Assembly (NCBI GenBank): GCA_964016885.1
Contig: OZ024742.1
Span: 85,250,001 to 85,314,000 of the forward strand
Length of the DNA: 64,000 nt
Direction: 5' to 3'
From: Eledone cirrhosa
Taxonomy: Eukaryota
Position numbers and translations under genes: made by a program. The notes beneath the pieces were generated by a model, which had not been told where the DNA came from, searched no databases, and was given only the letters and a program-made list of their open reading frames with translations. Below, in pieces: positions 1-11,854 of the stretch. How positions within the stretch are numbered: the stretch's first letter is position 1; each line of letters starts with the position of its first letter.

Positions 1-287
1 CATACTTATATTTAAGTAACAGCCGTACTAAGAGTGAAAAATGAAATTTCGTTTCATTTTTTCTTTCTATATATATCGGTACAACCTATTCGGTTCATTC
101 AGTTTGCATAGGTTGCATCGATATATATATATATATATATATATCCGTGTGTTCTTGTATGATGGCCCTATAATGATGAGAAGACTCCTCAGAGTAAGGA
201 GACAATTGCCCTTGTTTTTTTACTGAGTCCAATAATGTGTGATGGTGGTCATAACCTCAATAAAATAAAGTGATTTTAATAAACTAT

Positions 288-458
<171 letters not shown>

Positions 459-460
459 GA

Positions 461-598
461 CGTAGAACACTGGAGCGTAATAACCGTAGTGGTAGAGCTT
501 CAGTCCATGGGACGAGTTTGGTAGAAGTTTAGTTCACCATACCGGTATGGTGAACTAACTGTTGTGTTACTACGTCTCTCTCTCTCTCCCCCCCCCCC

Positions 599-633
<35 letters not shown>

Positions 634-1036
634 AAAGAGATTACGCAATAGCGATTGCCTAAACTTCAGAAATGAGTTCTTCACACGTTGTTAACACGTC
701 TGGAAACACCTCTTCCATAACTACAAAGCTCTGGATTGAATTACAACAACATCCTAATCTTCTCATCAACGAGAAACTTTCGGAATTTCGCAGTTATCTA
801 CCTTACACCTCTCGCACGCAATTTAGTATTGCCTGAGTGAAGTGACCGTTTCTGCGCATACGCAGTTGTCCTTCCTGTTCCGTATAACCATGTTCGTTAC
901 GAGCTGAGGATCCGCTAAGGTGAAACAATTGTTCTCGGTATGGTGAACTAACTGTTGTGTAACCACTTCTACCTAACTCGTCCCATGGACTGATTGCTCT
1001 ACCACTACGGATATTATCTTCCAGTGTTCTACCACT
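461..1036 (+). mobile_element. 5'-truncated Penelope-like element relic with an inverted copy of its 3' end
   Basis: ~631-725 translates LKRLRNSDCLNFRNEFFTRC*HVWKHL, like the PLE C-terminal LNxRxE...CxH motif. 462-528 is the reverse complement of ~966-1031. Hammerhead at 898-940. Ends in (TA)n. Confidence 0.7.
898..940 (+). ncRNA. Minimal type I hammerhead ribozyme motif
   Basis: cgag-CTGAGGA-t cc gctaa gg t-GAAAC AATT GT T-ctcg. Stem I is cgag/ctcg and stem III is palindromic. Confidence 0.65.
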
Positions 1037-1059
1037 ATATATATATATATATATATATA

Positions 1060-1226
1060 TCTTAGTCGTAGATTCTTCCGCGCAGTTTATCCCAGGTTCA
1101 ATCGGGTTTAACCACAGTAAGTAAGGTACTTAATACATAGCAGAGTATAAATATTTAATATAGAAATTGTTTCGGGCTTTCCTGATGATTTCCTCCGAAT
1201 GAAAATCCTAGACCTATACAAGCCAT
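1060..1226. mobile_element. PLE terminal-repeat fragments (minus-strand 3' tail plus a degenerate plus-strand hammerhead at 1175-1224)
   Basis: taaccacagtaagtaaggtacttaatacatagcagagtat matches 53571-53612 and 48597-48637. CTGATGA tttc ctcc gaat GAAA is homologous to 59224-59274. Confidence 0.7.
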
Positions 1227-1304
1227 TTATATATATATATATATATATGAATATACACACACACACACATATATATGTATACACATATATGTATACACAC
1301 ACAA

Positions 1305-1355
<51 letters not shown>

Positions 1356-1399
1356 AATACAAATGTACACAAATATAAATATACACATATGTGTGTATG

Positions 1400-1442
<43 letters not shown>

Positions 1443-1444
<2 letters not shown>

Positions 1445-2300
1445 TAGCAGGGGTACCCGGCGTTGCGCGGGATAAGGTATTTTGGAACGCGGGCCACCAA
1501 CATACCTAATCGTGGAAAACTGTATGCCTGGACAGTATGTAAAGAAAAAAAAACACAATACTCTGATGGCTGGATAATCTTTAAGATTTTAGTCGATGAA
1601 GCAGGAAAAACGCTGGTTTCCACCTAATGCGGGCCCTAGGGTATCAAGAAAATGATTATTTTTTATGTGCAAAATATGCCTTGAAATTTAGGGAAAATCG
1701 GCTAGACGTAATGCCTGGAGAAAGCCCTAAGAAGCTGTACAAATGATGTTTTTCACCTAATGCGGGCCCTAGGCCACAAGTAAGTTGGATTTTCTTTGCT
1801 TGCGGTATGAGGAAGAGACTGGCTAATGCATAGTTGCAATTTCAAGGAAACTGGTCCGACGTAACGCCTAAAAAAATCCCTAAAAATCTTAAATAAACGC
1901 AGTTTTTCACCCAATGCGGGCCCTAGGAGATAAAAAAATATTGAATGAACCTCCCTGAAACATAAGTAATACACATGTAAAGTTTGAAAAAAATCGGTTG
2001 GGTACTTCTCGAGTTTTAGGGATTCAAACTCACAGACAAACACACACACACACAGACAGTCATCCTCAGGTAAGTGACGTAATGCTGACAGCCAGACATA
2101 CAGACATATATTATAAGGGCGTGACGTTATATGTATCTATCTAAAAAGAGAAAGACTAAGAATTATAGAGCAAGATCGCTAAATCGCCTAAACAGAAGTA
2201 TTACATGTGTAAAGTTTGAAAACAGTCGGTTTGGTGGTTCTCTGTTTTAGGGATTCGAACTCACACACACACAGACAGACATCCTCAGTTTTATATATAT
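1443..2300 (-). mobile_element. Non-autonomous Helitron
   Basis: The minus-strand 3' end reads cccgcgcaacgccggg-tacccctg-CTAG|T (hairpin plus CTAG). The 5' end is tatataaaactgaggatgtctgtctg. Internal repeats of ttttcacctaatgcgggccctag. Homologous to 8282-8600. Confidence 0.75.
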
Positions 2301-2776
2301 ATATATATATATGCATATATGTATACATATATATATTTGTATCATACATAAACAAATATATGAGCATAACTATGCGGGGGCGTGTTAACTTAGAATATAG
2401 ATATCACTGTATATGCAGACGAAATAACTTTGATGATCTCAAGCTTCGTGCTTTAATGTTTTCAGGATGGGAAAAATGAGCAGAGACAACAAACCGGATA
2501 AATTTTCGCATTAGTATACACCGCACAGCTTGTGTTAAAATGCACTATATATCAATGCAAATTAAACCAAAGAATAATTGATGAGATACTGGAAGAAAGG
2601 CAATTGTTCATTGATTCCTTGCTGTGCCAACAACGTGGATGTTCGTGTACATTTGAAATGCACATTTTTTAAAAGCTGTTAGAAACGCTATTTCCATATT
2701 TGTGAAGATAATATATCTATTTCCCAACAGGATGAAATATATTAACGAGAATGATGAAATTAGAACGCAAGAAAAG

Positions 2777-3186
2777 TATATGTGAAACAGTTTCGGAAAA
2801 TAGTTTTAAACTATATAGAGAATTGACTTCTGTAATAATAGATATTTTGTTCTATCAAATTAAAGAGAAATCGCAAGTTCTCTCATATATTCTAGACTGT
2901 GCAAAGTTTTTCGTCTACGTGATAATATAAATGCAATCATTTGAATTGAATGATTCGACAGAAAACGGACACACTGAACAATTATAATCGAGGTTGCAAT
3001 GAAGTCTTCGTTATTAAACACCATTCGTTGTAGTTGAATTCGTTTGTACATTGTCGCAAATATAAGCTGTACGTTAGAAATTACTGTATGATCACATGAT
3101 TAGTATTGTTCACATGACATAAAGCAACGGTCAACCATTAGAGGTACTAGGAACCAATACTTAACTTGATATATCCCCCCCCCCCC

Positions 3187-3272
<86 letters not shown>

Positions 3273-3568
3273 ATTTCTAACGTACAGATTATATTTGCGA
3301 CAATGTACAATCGAATTCAACTACAACGAATGGTGTTTAATGACGAAGACTTCATTGCAACCTAGTTGTTTAGTGTGTCCGTTTTCTGTCGAATCATTCA
3401 GTTCAAATGTTTGCATCGATATTATCACGTAGACGAACTCCTTTGCACAGTCTAGAATACATGAGAGAACTTGCCATTTCTCTTTAATTTCAGAGAGCAA
3501 AATATCTATTATTACAGAAGTCATTTCTCTATATAGATTAAACTTTTTTTCCGAAACTCTTTCTATAT
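2777..3568. repeat. Inverted repeat with ~300 bp arms (2777-3085 / 3269-3568) spanning a (TA)n tract
   Basis: Arms align as reverse complements with scattered mismatches, e.g. gtacgttagaaattact / agtaatttctaacgtac. Confidence 0.9.
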
Positions 3569-3569
3569 A

Positions 3570-4223
3570 ACGGAATACATAAAAAATGAACTTACGCGTA
3601 TCCGGGATAAATGTAACAAGACAGAAGACCAGATCACCCACACTGCACACTTCATGAATGTACTGAAGACGAACGGATACCCAACATGCACAATGAATCG
3701 ACTTAAGAAATGAAGACCTCCTCTAACAACACTTTCGTGAAATTACCACATTTCAGCGAAAGCATAACCACAGTTAGCCAGATATCTATCCGAAAAGCAG
3801 CACTGGACATACGTTTAGCACACACCCGACCTTCACTGTGTGGATAATTATCTCAAAATCAATCCTGAGACAACAGCAATCACCTCTCGCTGATTAACTA
3901 TCCTATCGGCGATCCGGATTGAATGCAACAAATATAAGCACTCCACACTCAGATTAAAGAACACCTCAATACACGCACATCCTCATTCAAAAAAACACAT
4001 CGACAAATGTAGAAACATCACCCAACTTAATACCTTACCCGAGGTAATCCAAATTGAATCGACAAGGAAACATAACCTGATTACGTAAGAAGCTGCCTGA
4101 TGACGTCACTGCACAGTGTACAGTGTACACCGAAGAGGGTCACCACTGTTCTGATTGAAATATGTATCACAACATTATCATTAAAGGACTTAAATAACAC
4201 CTGAAGCTAATTTGCATTTTTTT

Positions 4224-4230
<7 letters not shown>
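3570..4230 (+). mobile_element. Decayed PLE 3' fragment (thumb plus GIY-YIG remnants) with a degraded hammerhead at ~4123-4170
   Basis: Translates EYIKNELTRIRDKC...FMNVLKTNGYP and QIKEHLNTRTSSF. gtgtaca-CCGAAGA-g ggtca..tgatt-GAAA-TA-tgtatcac. Confidence 0.6.
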
Positions 4231-4258
<28 letters not shown>

Positions 4259-4314
4259 AAAAATTAATAAAAACAATAATAAAAACAAAGAACAAGTTCC
4301 TTATATTTAAAAAT

Positions 4315-4439
4315 TCATCATTTTACATCGTTTCTAGGCTATATATGTGTGTGTCATATAGATCTATGTAAAAATATTACAAACTATCAGTGGAAATATA
4401 CATACCTTCACATATATATGCTGTCATCAGAAATAATGA
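4315..4439 (-). ncRNA. Type I hammerhead ribozyme motif with an ~89 nt stem II
   Basis: tcattattt-CTGATGA-...tatatatgtg...cacatatata...-GAAAC GAT GT A-aaatgatga. Stem I is 9 bp and the triplet is GUA. Confidence 0.65.
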
Positions 4440-4998
4440 GATTTGTTTATTGAAAAAACCAACAAAGATTTAATATAGTAGGTCTGTTTGGGAACAGTTT
4501 TTGAACTGACCAATAGAAAATTAGTAAGAGGTCAAGTTGATAGAATAGTAGTAGTAGGAATTTAATTTAGGGGTAGAGGGGTGCAGACTTATGTTTTGAA
4601 TAGAAAGAATACTTCGAATGAAAAGAATACTTTGAGGATGAAAAGAGGTCAAGCCGGTGAAGAGTACACGAACATTTGAAGTTATTAAAGAATAATGTTA
4701 AAAACGAAGGAAAGTAAAATATATATATATAAACGAAAGTTTATATAATTTTCCGTAAGGCATTGGTCCACCCAATCCACCTTCGCATGGGAGTCTTTTT
4801 TGCCATTGAGGTTATGGGGGGGTCTACCTCTTATGGGGCTACTGGGGCAGAAACCGCTAAGGTCATGGCTGTCTAGGTGTTCGGTGTCATAAGTAAGTCT
4901 AAGTAGGAGGCCCACTTCGTCTGTGTCGATGTCGCAGAACTCCACCTCACACTCACTGATTATCTCCACATATTTTCCACAGCAATTTTGACATTACT

Positions 4999-6243
4999 AT
5001 GGGATCATCCGACTCAGCCCAGGTAATTGACCTTGTGGGTTTATTTTTAATCAATTCGCTACATAGGAAAATACCCGGTACTACTGGAGGTTTATATAGA
5101 GACGACATGCTTTTACTTATTGATAATAATAACTCTGAACTAAATAGAAAATGTAAACAAATTACACAATTTTTTAATTACTTTAATCTTAAAATAGAAA
5201 TTGAAAACAACCATAGAATAGTCAATTTCCTAGATATAACATTAAATCTCAACACATGTCTTCACTATCCTTTTCACAAGTTGAATGAAAACTTAAACTA
5301 TGTAAACTTTAACTCTAACCACCCCAGATCTGTCAAAAACACTATAGTAAACTCTGTCCAAAAACGTATCTCTAGGATCTCGTCGAATAGAAAGATTTTC
5401 GACGAAAAAGCCCAATACTACAATGAAGCATTAGCTAGAGCAGGATATGCTGATAAGATTGTGTACATAGATAATGATAGACAAACTAAACAAAGTAACA
5501 ACTTTTTTAATTACGGCAACATCCTTAACAACTATAATAGAAAGCATTACAATAATTCCAAAGGCCAAAAAAGAAATAGAACTAGGAACATAATTTGGTT
5601 TGCCCCCCCCCCCCCTTTCTCACTAAACATTAAAACCCACATCGCTAAACTATTTTTTAAAGCTCTTGATAATCGCTTCCCTAGAACACATAGATATCAC
5701 ACAATTAAATTAACCTACTCATCCACCAAAAATTTAGCACAAAATATCAATAGAATAAATAATAGGAACTTAAAACCTAGTGATAACAGCATAAATAATA
5801 TACAAGTTAACAAATGTAACTGTAGAGATAGATCTAAATGTCCGTTAAATAACAACTGCTTAGTTAAAAATATAGTATACAATTGTAATGTTAATACTGA
5901 CTCTAATTCTTTTAACTACGTCGGTTCCACATCGACGGAATTTAAACTTCGCTATAATAACCACAAGAATTCTTTCACAGATCCAAGTAAAAAATCTTCA
6001 ACGGCACTATCAGGCGTACTATGGCAACTTAAGCTAGATAACGTTAGATATTCGACGGCTTGGAATATAGTCTCAAGAGGGATTCCTTTTAATTCATCCT
6101 CTGAGACATGTGACCTCTGCGCAGAGGAGATATTCTTTATACTAAAATCTAAAAATTCCCTTAATCTACGGACAAATTTATTCAGTTGTTGCAAACATAG
6201 GTTAAACTCAACGTTTAAATATAAATTTAAATTTAAAATGTAG
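4999..6243 (+). CDS. PLE reverse transcriptase C-half plus GIY-YIG endonuclease (5'-truncated, frame open)
   Basis: Motifs MGSSDSAQVIDLVGL, GLYRDD, NFLDITL, SNHP, CNCRDRSKCPLNNNCL, NIVY...YVGST...FKLRYNNHK, CDLCAEE, CCKH. Confidence 0.9.
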   Translation: MGSSDSAQVIDLVGLFLINSLHRKIPGTTGGLYRDDMLLLIDNNNSELNRKCKQITQFFNYFNLKIEIENNHRIVNFLDITLNLNTCLHYPFHKLNENLNYVNFNSNHPRSVKNTIVNSVQKRISRISSNRKIFDEKAQYYNEALARAGYADKIVYIDNDRQTKQSNNFFNYGNILNNYNRKHYNNSKGQKRNRTRNIIWFAPPPPFSLNIKTHIAKLFFKALDNRFPRTHRYHTIKLTYSSTKNLAQNINRINNRNLKPSDNSINNIQVNKCNCRDRSKCPLNNNCLVKNIVYNCNVNTDSNSFNYVGSTSTEFKLRYNNHKNSFTDPSKKSSTALSGVLWQLKLDNVRYSTAWNIVSRGIPFNSSSETCDLCAEEIFFILKSKNSLNLRTNLFSCCKHRLNSTFKYKFKFKM

Positions 6244-6743
6244 TATATTTAGTTTGATTTATAATTATATGTGAAACTAGCCGATAAATCTTTGATTCTC
6301 TTTTTATTCTTTTTATTTTTATTTTATTTATTTAAACATTCTTCATGAAAAATTAAGCTATCCTAAAAGTTGATGCTCCAAATATTTCGAATAAACGTTA
6401 CACTAGATAAACTTCTATATTAAATATAAGAACACATGTAGACCAAATTGGGCATCCTATACTTTTTGAAATGATCTTTGCTAGATGCGATTTGATAGAT
6501 AATTTTTGGCTTTATCTGTTTTTTGACTCTGATGTTTATAATGAACTTGGCAATATATTGTCAATTAATTTTGAAGGGTTGATCTTTGTGGTTTATTTTA
6601 TTTTTATTATTGTAGTATTTCCTAATTTTTATTTTTAATATTTTTAATATGTAAATTTTTTAATATGTAATATTTTTAATATGTAATATTCTTTCGTAAT
6701 ATTTCTTAGTTTTCTATTTTATTATTACTTATTATTATTATTG

Positions 6744-6850
6744 ACCGAGGTTGACTTTGCCTTTCATCCTTACGGGGGTCGATAAAATAAAGTACCAGTA
6801 ATGCACTGGGTAATTGCTGGCCTTGTGCCTAAAATAGAAACAATTATTAT
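6744..6850 (+). mobile_element. tRNA-derived SINE, 5'-truncated
   Basis: ccgaggttgactttgcctttcatccttacggggtcgataaaataaagtaccag core. Same family as the full copy at 47028-47222. Confidence 0.85.
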
Positions 6851-7737
6851 TGTTATTTTTAGTTTTGTTTCCGATATATTTTTATTTTTATTTTTATTAG
6901 TATATTGAAATCTGCTCTATCTTTGCTTGATAGATAATCTTGTAGAGTAGAGACAGAAATGGTAATATTGACTCTATATACACATATATGTATACTTATA
7001 TTTTATACCGCATTGAGAATACTTTCCGTGAACTTAGGGTTTGCAGACTTGATCATGTACATTCACATAGATGTTTGTAATTATCACATAAACATATGAA
7101 TTTTTTTAAAAAACTAAACATGAGATCATTAATTTTCACACATTGTGGATACATATCTCATTCAGGAATACTGATATTTACAATGTAGAGGCTGGTTTTG
7201 TAAATACTAATACCTCTACATTAAAACAGAGGTTTTTACGCCTCGCCTGTGTCTGGATATTTTAGAATTTTTTCTCTCTCTTTTTTTCTCTCTCTATATT
7301 TTTTCTCTCCCTATATAACAGCTGGTTTTCCCTCCATATATCTCCCTTACATTAATACTAGAGCTAAATAAATAAATAAATAAATAAATAAATGTATCAT
7401 TGATACGTTATTCAACAGTCGTCCCACTACCTAGCTTTCTATATATATGTATCTATCTCTATTTCCTCTCTCTATATATATATCTCTTTCTGTTTCTTTA
7501 CATGAAGTTCTTCTTTTTATCTATCTTTCCATCTCTCTATTTTGTTCCATGCATTTCTTCTTTTTCTTTTTCTTCGTTTTCTGTCTTTCTTTCCTTTTTT
7601 CTCTCTTTTTCTCTCTTTCTCTCTCTCTTTCTTTCTCTCTGTGTACAATTTTGTCACTACCAAATCAACCTTCTCAAATGCAAGTAGATGTTGTTACGGT
7701 ATGTCGAATCTATTTATCTATAAAACTGTTTATATTG

Positions 7738-7803
7738 TATTTTGTCTGAGGAAGGCATAGCATATTGTTAATATGATATCCCTGAAATATATATAATGAA
7801 ATA
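7738..7803 (+). ncRNA. Type I hammerhead ribozyme motif
   Basis: tattttgt-CTGAGGA-agg..catatt gtt aatatg..cct-GAAA tatata T A-atgaaata. Stem III is palindromic. Confidence 0.75.
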
Positions 7804-7844
7804 AATATGGTTTTATAAATATAGTTTCCATTTATTTAATATTG

Positions 7845-7879
<35 letters not shown>

Positions 7880-7924
7880 ATGTGTGTGTGTGTGTGTATG
7901 TGTGTGTGTGAGTGTGTGTGTGTG

Positions 7925-8010
<86 letters not shown>

Positions 8011-8099
8011 AAGAGAGAGAGAGAGGGAGAGGGGTGAGAGTGAAATCCCTTAGCACAATGAAGGATGAACACAATTCTATTAATGGGCTTATATATATA

Positions 8100-8222
8100 T
8101 AATGTAGGAAGTGTGGTAGGTAACCAGGTGGGCCATAACGCACCAAGATACTCGATACTGGGTAGTAACATGGGTAATATGAAAAGAGACACCGCCGGAG
8201 CTCAGCCTTCGGAGTCCTGCCC
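8100..8222 (-). mobile_element. PLE 3' terminal fragment, same family as 63374-64000
   Basis: Reverse complement gtatcgagtatcttggtgcgttatggcccacctggttacctaccacacttcc aligns with ~63940-63995. Confidence 0.65.
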
Positions 8223-8223
8223 C

Positions 8224-8281
<58 letters not shown>

Positions 8282-8293
<12 letters not shown>

Positions 8294-8740
8294 AGAGAAT
8301 GTCTGTCTGACTGTCTGTCTGTCTGTCTGTCTGACGCCCTAAAACTCGAGAACCACACAACCTAATTGTTTTCAAACTTTACACATGTAATACCTGTAGT
8401 CCTGTGAGTGTTTTGAGCAAAACATATTTAAAATGTTCAGTGCCTTAGGAACCGCATTAGGCGATTTAGCGATCTCTCTCTATAATTCTTAGTCTTTCTT
8501 TTTAGATAGATACATAGATATAACGTTGAGCCCTTATAATATCTGTCTGTATGTCTGCCCGTCTGCATTACGACATTATGACTCTGTGTGTGTGTATATA
8601 TGTATATTATAAAGTGTGTGTATATATAGTGTGTAACGTTTTTGGAAATATTTACATCTGCTTTCACAGACTGATTTTTTTAGTTTCAGAAGATCCCGTT
8701 AAGGGTGAAAGCAGCGAATCTTTGCTAAACCGTTAATCTG

Positions 8741-8817
<77 letters not shown>

Positions 8818-8965
8818 TATATTCGTGTACAATATATTTTTGCATATACAATAACAAAAATATAAACAAACGTATTTATTTCACCAGGCTCGATAAGGAT
8901 AAATATATATCAAATACAGAAAAATCCTAGAGCAAATCCCGAACAACGCTGGGCCATTCTGCTAG
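8282..8965 (+). mobile_element. Non-autonomous Helitron interrupted by PLE terminal fragments and (TA)n
   Basis: The 5' end tatataaaccagagaatgtctgtctg... is homologous to 2000-2300 (minus). The 3' end is cccgaacaacgctggg-ccattctg-CTAG|T. Confidence 0.7.
8682..8730 (+). ncRNA. Hammerhead-like motif, CAGAAGA core variant
   Basis: agttt-CAGAAGA-t ccc gttaa ggg t-GAAA gca..tgc T-aaac. The same family occurs at 10397, 19094, 21630 and 39549. Confidence 0.55.
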
Positions 8966-8966
8966 T

Positions 8967-9000
<34 letters not shown>

Positions 9001-9025
9001 CACTAAAAAGCTTTCTCCGATATTG

Positions 9026-9114
<89 letters not shown>

Positions 9115-9309
9115 CGTTTCTGAATTTGTTTAGCAAGATTCTTTATCTGAAATCGTGTGTTGAAACCGATATTGTTATACTTTGGGAGGGTCATGTTGCC
9201 AATAAGAAACACACGCACCAGTTATTTCACTTCAATTTATTATATATTTATAAATTTATAAATTTCTGGTTGGTTGGTTGGTTCCACAACCAGATAGTTG
9301 TTTATATAT

Positions 9310-9354
9310 AGTCATAGTTCTTTCGTCACACACTCTGTGACCTCTTCAGTGACT
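9310..9354 (-). ncRNA. Minimal type I hammerhead ribozyme motif
   Basis: agtca-CTGAAGA-g gtcaca gagtg tgtgac-GAAA gaac T A-tgact. Confidence 0.75.
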
Positions 9355-9742
9355 GAGGATTCCTTTCTTTGTTCTAAATAGAACACAAGGGTAAATTAGA
9401 GAACATAGAAATAAAAATAGAATCTACACACAGAAAAGACGCAATGTTTAGACAAATTACAGAGGCAATAAACATAAAAGAATTACAACCAAAATTAAAT
9501 AGAAAATATGAGTGGAACAGCAACATCACAACTTACAATTAAGGACAAAATGTAAACACACACACACATAGAACAACCAACCAACCAGTAACATGTAAAT
9601 AAACAAATAAATAAATGAACATAAACACGCACAGACACCCGGATGTGGCGCATGCGCAGACTGTACACACAACACACACACAGAAACAAAATGGCGTAGG
9701 ACAGAACAAAGGAGAGGCACAGAAACAAAGAAAGGAATCCCC

Positions 9743-9787
9743 AGTCACTGAAGTGGGCACAGAGTGTGTGACGAAAGAACTATGACT
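9743..9787 (+). ncRNA. Minimal type I hammerhead motif (A9 mutated)
   Basis: Inverted copy of 9310-9354. The core reads CTGAAGT. Confidence 0.6.
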
Positions 9788-9925
9788 ATATATAAACAAG
9801 TCTCTGGTTGTGGAACCAACCAACCAACCAGAAATTTATAAATTTATAAATATATAATAAATTGAAGTGAAAGCAACTGGTGCGTGTGTTTCTTATTGCA
9901 ACATGACCCTCACAAAGTCTAACAA

Positions 9926-10001
<76 letters not shown>

Positions 10002-10379
10002 TATAATATAATATACATGTACATAAAGTAGGTATATAATATGAAGCACTGTGAGATATGTGATAATTGGTGAGATATTCAGTAAGCCTGTACATTTGTA
10101 CTTTGTGGTAGTAACATATTCTGTACACTTGGTTCAGTGTTCGTATTGCATTTGAAAATAATATTTCTAGCCATAAAATATCACGAAATTTTGGGGGAAA
10201 TATACAAAACTTCATATTGTTTTATTTTATTTGTCACCCCTCCCTTGTATATATATATATAGATACACACTCCTACCGATTCTTTCCAATCTGTTATTAC
10301 ACAACATAGGTATGATATATATATATAGATAGATAGATAGATAGATAGATAAATAGATAGACAGATAGATAGATATATA

Positions 10380-10570
10380 TTAAAATAACAGTTTCAGGTT
10401 CAAGCAAAGAATCGCTGCTTTCACCCTTAACGGGATCTTCAGAACTAAAAAAAAAATCCAAGAATATTTACTCTACGGTTGTTTATATATATCTATATAT
10501 ATATCTATATATATATATAATCCTTATCGAGCCTTCTTCGGATTTTAGTCTTCACATTGATTATTATTAA
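10380..10570. mobile_element. PLE terminal fragments with a minus-strand hammerhead motif at 10397-10446
   Basis: Homologous to 19081-19150 and 21700-21780. The core here is canonical CTGAAGA. Confidence 0.7.
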
Positions 10571-10574
10571 TCCG

Positions 10575-11368
<794 letters not shown>

Positions 11369-11781
11369 TGACAAATGAGCCGAATCTGAAAATAATAACA
11401 ATGTTAGAGTAAGGAGCTATCGCGGATTCATTTACTATACAAAATTAGTATACATTTAATGGCATATAAATCCCCTTTAACGTAAAGAAATGGCCATTAT
11501 CACTCGTCTGACTAGCACAGAAAACTTTATGCTTGACGAGCAGAAATGTGACATTTACACCATGGCGCCCGTTATATTTTCTCATATCTTTTTTTCTAAA
11601 GCTATAAATATACTATAAGGTATGATAATCAGACAGGAGTTTCTTTAAAAACAATGAGAGGAAATTGGGTTCATGATAAAATGGGATCTACCTGGTAGGA
11701 TATATATGCCCCCTCCTATTTATACTACTTTTCTATAATCCAACATCCGATGAAGCTTGGAATGTTCTAATCATATGTATG

Positions 11782-11854
<73 letters not shown>

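Larger units (their letters stand above)
4985..7843 (+). mobile_element. 5'-truncated Naiad-like Penelope-like retroelement with a long AT-rich 3' UTR
   Basis: ORF at 4999-6243, hammerhead at 7738-7803, and termination in (TA)n. Linking the 3' UTR to the ORF is inferred. Confidence 0.75.
9112..9928. mobile_element. Coding-free PLE terminal derivative with ~205 bp inverted arms (~9168-9375 / 9721-9928)
   Basis: Arms are reverse complements, each carries a hammerhead, and (TA)n flanks both sides. Confidence 0.8.
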
